Below, in pieces: positions 18,824-26,481 of a stretch of 26,481 bases of DNA. Position numbers and translations under genes: made by a program. The notes under the pieces are model-generated. The model was given only the letters and a program-made list of their open reading frames with translations, searched no databases and was not told the DNA's origin. Source of the stretch: an uncultured Mageeibacillus sp. (GTDB taxonomy: Bacteria > Bacillota > Clostridia > Saccharofermentanales > DTU023). The stretch spans positions 1 to 26,481 of the forward strand of contig CAZVVR010000001.1 of assembly GCA_964630605.1 (NCBI GenBank). The letters run 5' to 3'. Position 1 is the first letter of the stretch, and each line of letters starts with the position of its first letter.

Positions 18824-19786
18824 TTAAACTTCCTCTTCTTCCCTGAAAACAGCACTGACATCAGTAGACAGTAATTTATTAAGCTGCAGCAGCTTGTAAT
18901 CGCTGTCTACATTAACCAAACCGATCATCTGATACTCACCTGAAATAGGTTCTACTACTAAATCCGGATAAATATGAAAACTTTTGACACCACCGGTACT
19001 TTTTACGTGCAGGCGCGGACCTGTACAATAATGGCGCTGATCGCCAATCAGGATATGAGTGTCATCGACATATGAAATAGGAAGATCACGCTCAATCAAA
19101 TCCTGCACATCGGACTCTATTTTTCGCAGATCAAGTTCCGGCTTATCGTGGAAGGTCAAAACAAAACCCGAACGAACATCTGAGTGATCATAATGAAAAA
19201 TGCGGTGGTCCAAAAGCACAAATTCAGTTAAATCTTCTGCGGTATGAGCCATTCGACGTGTCGGGAAAGAGGCGAACACAATATCTTTAATATAGTCAGG
19301 TTCTGGTCCGAACATATTAGGCCGGGTAATGATGATTTCTTCACCTACTCCCAGCAGCAGATGCGCATTCATATCCAGGAAAGGATAAATTAAGTCAAAA
19401 TGCTCAACGATGACACGTTTTTTGCGGTTAACCGCCTCCATGATTGCGGTCGCCAGCTCATGCGGCTGATAAAAAGCCATTTCAAAACGAATATCAACAT
19501 GATAGGTATGCGGAGAAAAAAAACCGGTATCGTCAAGATTCATAACAGGCAAAGGACGGACATTTACACCCTCATCGTCGTTGGTCAGCTCCAGACCGGG
19601 AAACATGCCTTTAATCAAAACGCTTTTACCTGATCCGCCTTCTCCTATCACGCCAATCAGCCGGTCATAGGGTGAAAGATACATCTGTGCTATTTGAGCG
19701 CCCTGATCCGCCAGCCGGGCTGCTCCGCGCGGACACAGCAGTACACTATACAAGTGGCTTTTCTGCATACGTTGCGAAAATGACAT
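18824..19786 (-). CDS. Uncharacterised protein: N-terminal P-loop NTPase/kinase-like domain plus C-terminal Ala/Thr-tRNA-synthetase editing (SAD/AlaX)-like domain
   Basis: Walker A GVIGEGGSGKS and Walker-B-like RVIVEHFD. RMAHTAEDL and HYCTGPRLHV resemble the HxxxH and CxGxH zinc motifs of AlaX/ThrRS editing domains. ATG 19786 with SD GGAGG. Confidence 0.7.
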   Translation of the reverse strand: MSFSQRMQKSHLYSVLLCPRGAARLADQGAQIAQMYLSPYDRLIGVIGEGGSGKSVLIKGMFPGLELTNDDEGVNVRPLPVMNLDDTGFFSPHTYHVDIRFEMAFYQPHELATAIMEAVNRKKRVIVEHFDLIYPFLDMNAHLLLGVGEEIIITRPNMFGPEPDYIKDIVFASFPTRRMAHTAEDLTEFVLLDHRIFHYDHSDVRSGFVLTFHDKPELDLRKIESDVQDLIERDLPISYVDDTHILIGDQRHYCTGPRLHVKSTGGVKSFHIYPDLVVEPISGEYQMIGLVNVDSDYKLLQLNKLLSTDVSAVFREEEEV

Positions 19787-20070
19787 AAATGCCTCCAATT
19801 TGCTTATGGCTGTCCGGTAATAACAGCAAACAGCCGATTTTTATCAATTATAAACATTTTACCAGTAATCAGAGATAACTGCCTTGTCACAGTTGTTTGA
19901 TCTCTGACATCAAAATCAGCTGCTCCCGGGAAATTAACACCTGTTTTCACAATAACTCATGTAGTTGTCACATTTATTGCTATTTGCTCACTGTGATTCC
20001 TGCCTTCACTACTATACTGTGGAGCATGAATACTTATTATTTAGTCAAAGTAGATTTTTCGGAGTAACCA

Positions 20071-21117
20071 ATGGATAAAGAAACAATTTACGTCATAAGT
20101 GGTGCTTCCGGGCATTTGGGTAATACCGTTGTACGCAAGCTTTTGCAAAAAGGCGAAAACGTACGGTGTCTGATTATGGAAGCTGAACGTCCTGAGGCCT
20201 TACAGGGACTGGACTGCGAAGTTTACAGCGGTGATATCACCAAACCCGGGACACTGGTGCCGCTTTTTACCGGTCTGGAAAATAAAAACCTAATTGTGCT
20301 GCATCTGGCCAGCATGATTTCTATTGCCTCAAAAATTGACCCTCGCATGACCAAAACCAATGTTGAGGGAACCCGGAACATGATAGACCTGGCTCGTGAG
20401 CACAAGGCAAAACGCTTTCTCTATTGCAGCTCAGTCCACGCTATCCCGGAAAAAAAATTCAACGCTCCTATCAGTGAAGTATATTCCTTCAACCCGGATT
20501 GGGTAAAAGGAGCATATGCTAAAACCAAAGCTGCAGCCACAGAAAAAGTTATGCAAGCCGGACGTGATGGTATGGACATTGTAGTAGTGCACCCCTCCGG
20601 CATTGTTGGCCCCAACGATTACTTGCAGGGCCGACTGGTACAGGTGTTACTGGACTTTGCCGACAGCCGCCTGAAAACAATGGTAAAAGGCGGCTACGAT
20701 ATGGTGGATGTGCGCGATGTCGCAACCGGGCTGATTGCTGCCGCAGAAAAGGGACGCTCCGGTGAAACTTACATTCTGAGCAACGAAATTCACTCTATGG
20801 GTGAAATGTGCGACATTGCAGCAGAGTACAGTGGCAGAAAACCAATCCGCAGACGGGTACCTTTTAACTTGGTTAAATTGCTGGCTCCTTTGTTCGAGTT
20901 ATGGGGTAAACTGCGAAAAAAACGCCCGCTACTCACCCCCTATGCGCTTTATTCTCTGGAAAGCAACTCTAATTTTTCCAACGAAAAAGCCCGCCGTGAG
21001 CTAGGATTCTCACCGCGGCCTTTTCCGGAAACAGTTATAGACACTATGGCTTTTTTAGAAGATAAAAAACGATTTCGCTATCAGTTTAAAACTAACCGGG
21101 CTAAAAGCCGCGCTTAG
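20071..21117 (+). CDS. Extended SDR, NAD(P)-dependent epimerase/dehydratase (dihydroflavonol-reductase/HpnA-like)
   Basis: Rossmann motif VISGASGHLG, HLASMI, TNVEGT, CSSVHA, catalytic YAKTK, HPSGIVGP, VDVRDVA, GETYIL. SD GGAG. Confidence 0.88.
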   Translation: MDKETIYVISGASGHLGNTVVRKLLQKGENVRCLIMEAERPEALQGLDCEVYSGDITKPGTLVPLFTGLENKNLIVLHLASMISIASKIDPRMTKTNVEGTRNMIDLAREHKAKRFLYCSSVHAIPEKKFNAPISEVYSFNPDWVKGAYAKTKAAATEKVMQAGRDGMDIVVVHPSGIVGPNDYLQGRLVQVLLDFADSRLKTMVKGGYDMVDVRDVATGLIAAAEKGRSGETYILSNEIHSMGEMCDIAAEYSGRKPIRRRVPFNLVKLLAPLFELWGKLRKKRPLLTPYALYSLESNSNFSNEKARRELGFSPRPFPETVIDTMAFLEDKKRFRYQFKTNRAKSRA

Positions 21118-22523
21118 TCCTCCAGCTGACAGATCCGATCTAAAATTTCACCGTCACGAGACCGTACCAGTGCAACTGTGCGGTCTTTTCTTTTAACCGG
21201 CCTGGGCACGCCGCAAATTTTCTCCGCTTTCATTTTTAATTCCCTGATATCAAAAACAGGCAATCCGGCTGTTTGAAAACGTTTCCGCAAATCCGAACGC
21301 AACGGATTAACGGCAATTCCATACTGGGTCAGCAAGACATCAACATCTTTGCCCGGTGTAGAGATACAAGTAACCCGATCAACGATCGAAGGTAATCTGG
21401 CCCGAAACAAAGGCGCTATAATCATTGACATGGAGGCTCCGGCAGCTGTATCACTGTGACCGCCCGACCCTCCCATAATGACACCACCGGAATCCGTATG
21501 CACATTAACGTTGAAAGCGAGGTCAATTTCTGTAGCACCCAGGATAACCACATCCAGTTGTTGTGCCACATTGCTTTTTGCCTCCGGACTGGCATAACGG
21601 GAAGCGCTGATCTCAATATGCCGTTTATTCTCTGCAATCGATTTGACTGCTGCCCGGTCAAAGCACTGCACGTCGAGCAGCTTTTGGAACATGCCCGTGT
21701 TCAACATATCCACCAGCATGCCGGTGATGCCACCGGAAGCAAAACTGCCTTGAATCTCTTGAGACAACATGCGTTGGTTAAGGCCTTGCGCAACTGCCAG
21801 CGAGGCTCCTCCGGCCCCGGTCTGGAAAGAAAATCCATTCTGTAAAAGACCTGAAGCGGCAATGGCGTCAACGGCAAGATCAGCCATAAGCAGGCCAATG
21901 GGATCGCGGGTTACACGTGTAGTACCGGAAACTATTTTCTCCGGATCCCCGATAGAATCTACAAAAACCACGGCATCGACCAAACTTTCGTCAATCGAAC
22001 TGTGCTCCAGCGGATAAGTGGATTTTTGATCGCTGATAATTATTACATAGTCAGCAAATGCTGCATCTGCCATGGCGTAGCCAATAGAACCGAAAGCAGA
22101 TTTACCGGTAAATCCGTTGCAGTTCCCGGCTGCGTCAGCAGCAGAAGCAGCAATAAAAGCGACATCTATCTTGGATTCTCCGCGTTGAAGATCAGCGGGG
22201 CGTCCACCGTGGCTGCGGAAAATAATAGGTTTTTCAAGCAGGCCCCGGCTAAATTTCTCACCGAGTGCCAGATCCATGTAATTACATTCGAGGCCGCTGA
22301 CTACTCCTTGCGCGACATGATCAAGCAGCGGTTTATGGCAGGGAAAAAGAGCACTGGCATTGACGGTAAGATCCCTGTATCCCAACTCAGAAATAGCTGA
22401 CATTACCCTGTTCAAAACGTAATCACCATTGCGCAGATGATGGTGAAATGATACGGTCATGCCGTCTTCCAGAGAGGAGACTTTGATCGCACTTTTTATA
22501 TCTTTGAATTCTTTACTTAGCAT
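21114..22523 (-). CDS. citF: Citrate-lyase-type alpha subunit (acyl-ACP transferase); probably citramalate lyase by context
   Basis: DGMTVSFHHHLRNGD, RSHGGR, IDVAFIAA, FQTGAGGASLAV, DVQCFD, LGATEID, GGSGGHSDTAAGA, TPGKDVDV, RDGEILD. Confidence 0.9.
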   Translation of the reverse strand: MLSKEFKDIKSAIKVSSLEDGMTVSFHHHLRNGDYVLNRVMSAISELGYRDLTVNASALFPCHKPLLDHVAQGVVSGLECNYMDLALGEKFSRGLLEKPIIFRSHGGRPADLQRGESKIDVAFIAASAADAAGNCNGFTGKSAFGSIGYAMADAAFADYVIIISDQKSTYPLEHSSIDESLVDAVVFVDSIGDPEKIVSGTTRVTRDPIGLLMADLAVDAIAASGLLQNGFSFQTGAGGASLAVAQGLNQRMLSQEIQGSFASGGITGMLVDMLNTGMFQKLLDVQCFDRAAVKSIAENKRHIEISASRYASPEAKSNVAQQLDVVILGATEIDLAFNVNVHTDSGGVIMGGSGGHSDTAAGASMSMIIAPLFRARLPSIVDRVTCISTPGKDVDVLLTQYGIAVNPLRSDLRKRFQTAGLPVFDIRELKMKAEKICGVPRPVKRKDRTVALVRSRDGEILDRICQLED

Positions 22524-23407
22524 TGGTCACCTTTTTCCAAACCATCCATAAGACCGCTGACACGAGCAATTTCCACTGTCTTTTTGGCTTGTTCGGCCAC
22601 TGGTTTGTCAATCATTTTCCCCCGCAAAGAAGCAGCTCCTGCTCCTGATTTGAGGGCTTGCTCCATTACCCGGATAACCTCCAGTGCAAATTCTATTTCT
22701 GACTGAGTCGGAGTAAAAGCCTGATGTATACCTTTTAAGTGATGGGGAGAAATCGCCAGCTTTCCGCTGAAACCAAGCGATTTGGCCAGAAGAGCATCTT
22801 CCAGTAAACCGGCCCTGTCCCGGGCATCGGTAAAAGGTGTGTCAATCGCCTGAATACCGGCTGCACGGGCAGCTATCACCAGTCTTTGCCTGCTGTAAAG
22901 CAACTCCTGACCCTCTTTAGTGCGGGTGCAGCCAAGATCAACAGCCAGATCTTCACCGCCCAAGGCCAGAGCAACCACTCTTTGCGAAGCCCGGGCAGCC
23001 TCAAAAGCAAACTCGATGCCGGCAGCCGTTTCAATTAAAGGCAGCAGTCTGATACTGCCGGCTTTTATCTCAGCTTCTTTTTCTATCACATGTAATAAAG
23101 CATCGATTTCTTTTATTAAAGCGGAACCTGCAACCTTAGGCAGCATGATGCTGTCTGCCCCCGCCGGGACGACAGCTCTGATATCCTGCTCACGCAAATC
23201 GCTGTTTTCATTAATTCGCACAATTTTTTCGCGTGGGCCAAAATCAAGGCACTGAAGGGCAGATGCTACCAAATTTCTGGCACTGTCTTTTTCATCCGCC
23301 GCCACTGCATCTTCCAGGTCAAAAATAAGAGCGTCCGCCGGCAGGACCGTTCCGTTTTGGAGAAGAGAAGCCTGGTTGCCGGGTAAAAATAAAAGTGATC
23401 GCCACAT
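22517..23407 (-). CDS. citE: Citrate-lyase-type beta subunit (acyl-ACP lyase, HpcH/HpaI family)
   Basis: RSLLFLPG, FDLEDAV, VRIN, LPKV, LIETA, ALGGED, DTPFTD, GFSGKLAISP, MIDKP. ATG 23407 with SD AAGGAG; the track extends to 23437. Confidence 0.9.
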   Translation of the reverse strand: MWRSLLFLPGNQASLLQNGTVLPADALIFDLEDAVAADEKDSARNLVASALQCLDFGPREKIVRINENSDLREQDIRAVVPAGADSIMLPKVAGSALIKEIDALLHVIEKEAEIKAGSIRLLPLIETAAGIEFAFEAARASQRVVALALGGEDLAVDLGCTRTKEGQELLYSRQRLVIAARAAGIQAIDTPFTDARDRAGLLEDALLAKSLGFSGKLAISPHHLKGIHQAFTPTQSEIEFALEVIRVMEQALKSGAGAASLRGKMIDKPVAEQAKKTVEIARVSGLMDGLEKGDQC

Positions 23408-23417
23408 ATAACTCTCC

Positions 23418-23678
23418 TTAATCAAAGGACCGCTCAAGTGCTGTTTTCAGCCTGGCCCGAATGGTGCAGTCTAAAGCGCCGCGATCTATTAGCTCAATCT
23501 CTGCTGCTGTAATACCCATTTTTTTCAAAACTTCATCCACCGTTTCACGGATAGTATCTCCGTATTGGGCCAGCACCGGCGATTTTATTGCTACCGATAA
23601 ATTTTCTGATGGCCGGATTCGGACCATCACATCGCTGGATTCAAGACTTCCGGCCACTGCCATCCTGCTCGGATTCAT
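23418..23678 (-). CDS. citD: Citrate-lyase-type acyl carrier protein (gamma subunit)
   Basis: 86 aa. AGSLESSD with Ser14 (the prosthetic-group serine position in CitD), QYG..I, DRGALDCTIRAR. Confidence 0.92.
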   Translation of the reverse strand: MNPSRMAVAGSLESSDVMVRIRPSENLSVAIKSPVLAQYGDTIRETVDEVLKKMGITAAEIELIDRGALDCTIRARLKTALERSFD

Positions 23679-24938
23679 TTATAACCTCTTTCTTTGTTTT
23701 GCGCTTCTTAAGGCTAAAATATCCTGCATTTCGTTGTAGACAATCATCAGTCCCTCATCAACACCCATGCCCGGTTTTGCTAAAATCTGATCTGGCTGGC
23801 TGGCCATTGCAACCTGGGTGCAGATCTGGGCAGAGCGGACAGTCTCGTTGCAAGTCCCGCCCTGGTAAGCTTTTACCCCATTTTTTTTGCAATAAAGAGT
23901 TGCTTGAATAGTCTTGTGCAGGCCACCCAGATCCGGTGTTTTCACCTGAATCATGTGACCGGCTCCGGCATCAACAAAATCAACCACATCCTGATAATTG
24001 TTACACCATTCGTCAGCAACCAGTTCCACGGGAATGTTTCGTTTGTTAATCAAAGAGGTCAAAGCAGCCAAATGCTTTATTGTGTCAGCCTTGTTGCCTG
24101 CATCCATCGGACCTTCGATCCGCAGTTTAAAGGGTGCGGCAGCTGCTGCCAAGGTCTCCAGATAAACCGCCATAACCTCGTAGTTATCGTCACCAAAAGC
24201 CTGACCTATGGTACCGTAAACATCAATATGTAAAATAGGCATATACTCCGGATCGAGTCTGTGGGTTTTGATACGATTACTTAACCACCCAACGTACTCC
24301 AGCAGCAGTTCGCCCTTTTCACCCAATTTATCAGCAACATTGTTAATTAAAGCGTGAGGCATGACATCAGCTTGCTTGATGATCATTTTGTCTGCGTTTT
24401 CATAGCGATTGTCGCCTGACTGGCAGAAAACAGGAAGAGTTTTTGAGCTGACTTCAAGACCGTATTCATCAGCTACCAGCTCACAGATCATACACTTGTT
24501 AGCCTTAGCCAGTGCATCCAGCAACACCTGAGACAAACCGTAGCGAATAGCAGTATGCAGTCTCTTACCGTCAGCGGTACGAAAATCTTCCCACTCACTT
24601 ATCATTTTGCGAAAAGAGGTTAACGTCCTTTCTTTCAGCAAAGGTGCAATTTCTTTTTCAATTAAAGGGATAAAATCTGCTGCCAGAAAAAGCGGATCGC
24701 GCCCGCCGGCTCCGGAATACTGCACCGCAGTACAATCACCGTAAGCGACTTGTCCATCTTCTAAAATTAACATTAAAGAAACAGACTCGCCTGCTTGTCT
24801 GACTGATGAAAAACCTGCTGTCGCTGCTTCTCCCAGGTAGAAAAGCCCGTCCATCCGCGCTCCGGCTTTGATAGCCTTTTGATCGTCAAAATAGAAGCCG
24901 GTTCTGCCCGGTGCACAGATTAATTGCTTTATTTTCAT
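23679..24938 (-). CDS. mal: Methylaspartate ammonia-lyase (beta-methylaspartase)
   Basis: TGFYFDDQ, AVQYSGAGGRDPLF, HTAIRYG, PHALINN, HIDVYG, RIEGP, ADEWCN, QVKTPDLGG, GGTCNET, AKPGMGVDEG. ATG 24938 with SD GGGAG; the track extends to 24953. Confidence 0.97.
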   Translation of the reverse strand: MKIKQLICAPGRTGFYFDDQKAIKAGARMDGLFYLGEAATAGFSSVRQAGESVSLMLILEDGQVAYGDCTAVQYSGAGGRDPLFLAADFIPLIEKEIAPLLKERTLTSFRKMISEWEDFRTADGKRLHTAIRYGLSQVLLDALAKANKCMICELVADEYGLEVSSKTLPVFCQSGDNRYENADKMIIKQADVMPHALINNVADKLGEKGELLLEYVGWLSNRIKTHRLDPEYMPILHIDVYGTIGQAFGDDNYEVMAVYLETLAAAAAPFKLRIEGPMDAGNKADTIKHLAALTSLINKRNIPVELVADEWCNNYQDVVDFVDAGAGHMIQVKTPDLGGLHKTIQATLYCKKNGVKAYQGGTCNETVRSAQICTQVAMASQPDQILAKPGMGVDEGLMIVYNEMQDILALRSAKQRKRL

Positions 24939-24956
24939 ATTATTCTCCCGCATTTT

Positions 24957-26408
24957 TTATTTAGGTCTGCCGACCAATCTGCCTTTACTGATTGCGTAAA
25001 CATCATCTATAACCATCTGGAAAGAGGCCTCGCGATTCTCGTAGCGTGCCCGCTCACGCATTTTTTCCTGATGAAATTCTTTGAGTTCGGCTGTCAGAGG
25101 AATATTTCCGACGTGAAAAAGTCTGATTGCTCCTTCGTTGTCTCGGGCCGGCAGCATTTTACCTGCGTTAAAACGGCTGGGGGCGAATGGGATATCGAGA
25201 ACACCGGAACCGACTGCCAAAATAACTCCTTTGGCTAAATTGCCTGCACCGAGCTCTATTATACGATCTACAACGCAACGCGTTTCAGCGGCAATAATGA
25301 CTTTTTCATCTTTAAGGCTATAGGTATCGAGCTGCTGGTCACCCAGCATATTGATACTTTGCCTGGTACACAGCAGGCCGGCAGCGTTGGCCTCTTTGGT
25401 AGGCACACCAAATGCTTCGTGTGACGTTTTGGCAATCACTTTGGTGGCGTGTGACAAAGCAGCTACAGCACTGCCCCAGGCGATTACAGCAAAGGCCTTG
25501 GATTCATCATCGGGAAAGCCGCCCATCCATTGATGCAGCACTGTCGTGACTTCAACATCGCCATAACCGTATTTGCGCAAATATTCATCGGTCAGACTCT
25601 GTAAAGTCTGTACTGCAGCAACATCCTGCACTAAATTACCGCACTGGCCGTAACCAACCGTAATATTTTTCACTCCCTGTTCTGCTGCCAAAAGGCTTTC
25701 AATAATTGCGACGCTGTGGGAAATAAAAGGTGGTACCAGCGTGCCGGTTAGCGGTCCGTAAGGCTCGCGGTTAATGGGACAGCCTGCTTCCTCATAAATT
25801 CCGCTTAAGCGGTCAACATATTGCCAGTCGCGAATGGTAGTTTCCAAAGAGACATCTTTAGCATAAGGGATATTATAAGATATGCCCCCACCCTCAAAAC
25901 TGGTAAAACCTCCTGCATAGCATACCTCTGCCAAAAGACGTGCATCCGGAGTTCCGTGTCGGACCTGGATCGGTTTTTCCAGCGAATCAATCAGTTGCCT
26001 GCAGCCGGAAACACCATGATTTACAGCCGGGAAACCGTTGAGCATGGATTTGTTGCTTTTTACGGATTCGGTGATACCGACTTCAGCTTCTTTATAACGG
26101 TTCTGCCGTGTGTAACTGTCAATTGTGGTCGGAAGCAAATCAGCCTCACCCTTGTCCTGCAAATATTGCAGCAGTCGGATCTGATCCTGTATCAAGGGAA
26201 CTCCCGCACGGGGCTGAGTCAGAGTAGTCCCCTTTTCTTTCGCTTTGTTCAAAATATTGCTGAAAACCTTGCGCCTGGGCAAACTCTTGTGATAGGCCTG
26301 TGCTTTGTCCAAATCCACCTCTTTACCGGTGGGCCATTGTGTCAAAACATCCTTCCTGACCTTTTCAAATTCGTCCCGTGTCCATTTTTTATTTTGTAAT
26401 TCTCGCAT
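24957..26408 (-). CDS. glmE: Glutamate (methylaspartate) mutase, B12-dependent, E (epsilon) subunit
   Basis: [87 protein letters not shown]. 483 aa. SD GAGAGG. Confidence 0.97.
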   Translation of the reverse strand: MRELQNKKWTRDEFEKVRKDVLTQWPTGKEVDLDKAQAYHKSLPRRKVFSNILNKAKEKGTTLTQPRAGVPLIQDQIRLLQYLQDKGEADLLPTTIDSYTRQNRYKEAEVGITESVKSNKSMLNGFPAVNHGVSGCRQLIDSLEKPIQVRHGTPDARLLAEVCYAGGFTSFEGGGISYNIPYAKDVSLETTIRDWQYVDRLSGIYEEAGCPINREPYGPLTGTLVPPFISHSVAIIESLLAAEQGVKNITVGYGQCGNLVQDVAAVQTLQSLTDEYLRKYGYGDVEVTTVLHQWMGGFPDDESKAFAVIAWGSAVAALSHATKVIAKTSHEAFGVPTKEANAAGLLCTRQSINMLGDQQLDTYSLKDEKVIIAAETRCVVDRIIELGAGNLAKGVILAVGSGVLDIPFAPSRFNAGKMLPARDNEGAIRLFHVGNIPLTAELKEFHQEKMRERARYENREASFQMVIDDVYAISKGRLVGRPK

Positions 26409-26422
26409 TTTTTACCTCTCGC

Positions 26423-26481
26423 TTAAATTAACTGTTTATCGGCTAAAAACATAACCTGTTTGCCTGCATATTTGGTGCCAT
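26423..26481 (-). CDS. Possible 3' end of an upstream gene (unidentified)
   Basis: Open frame ...GTKYAGKQVMFLADKQLI* ends 14 nt before the glmE ATG. Too short to assign. GlmS or GlmL would be expected by context, but no motif was recognised. Confidence 0.3.
   Translation of the reverse strand, partial: GTKYAGKQVMFLADKQLI

Noticed and set aside
19799-20070. T-box or cobalamin riboswitch in front of the editing-domain gene
   Set aside because: No GGTGGNACC T-box bulge or B12-box consensus was found on either strand.
25821-26399. 192-aa plus-strand ORF, and similar ones (3743-4252, 4937-5344, 8147-8539, 21456-21845, 22002-22400)
   Set aside because: They lie antisense to strongly conserved genes, show no recognisable motifs and have no clear SD. 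They are consistent with shadow ORFs from codon bias.
24941-26414. Near-identical AAAAAATGCG(G)GAGAAT strings before mal and at the glmE start
   Set aside because: Short and A-rich, and explained by SD and start-codon constraints. No flanking evidence of duplication or insertion.

Overview
This 26.5-kb window looks like core chromosome of an anaerobic Firmicute (Clostridia-like; inferred from gene content and SD motifs). All genes but one are on the minus strand. In transcription order (right to left) there are four blocks. (1) Glutamate fermentation: glutamate/methylaspartate mutase E subunit, methylaspartate ammonia-lyase, then a citrate-lyase-like CitD/CitE/CitF trio, most plausibly (S)-citramalate lyase from context. 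(2) After an inverted SDR-family gene: an uncharacterised P-loop + AlaX/ThrRS-editing-like protein, a fused CitX-CitG, and an ATP-grasp protein. (3) Cell envelope: 5xSH3b-NlpC/P60 hydrolase, VanW-family protein, GT2 glycosyltransferase, PHP phosphoesterase. (4) Central metabolism and replication: in-frame PGK-TPI fusion, gpmI, pyruvate:ferredoxin oxidoreductase, dnaD, dnaC-like loader, and the 5' part of acpS (missing from the ORF track). No rRNA, tRNA, CRISPR array or mobile element was recognised. The best candidate for an undescribed system is the mutase/Mal-linked ACP-dependent lyase with an apparent maturation module that has no CitC ligase in the window but carries a P-loop/editing-domain protein and an ATP-grasp enzyme. 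Family assignments come from motif recognition only; no database search was run.
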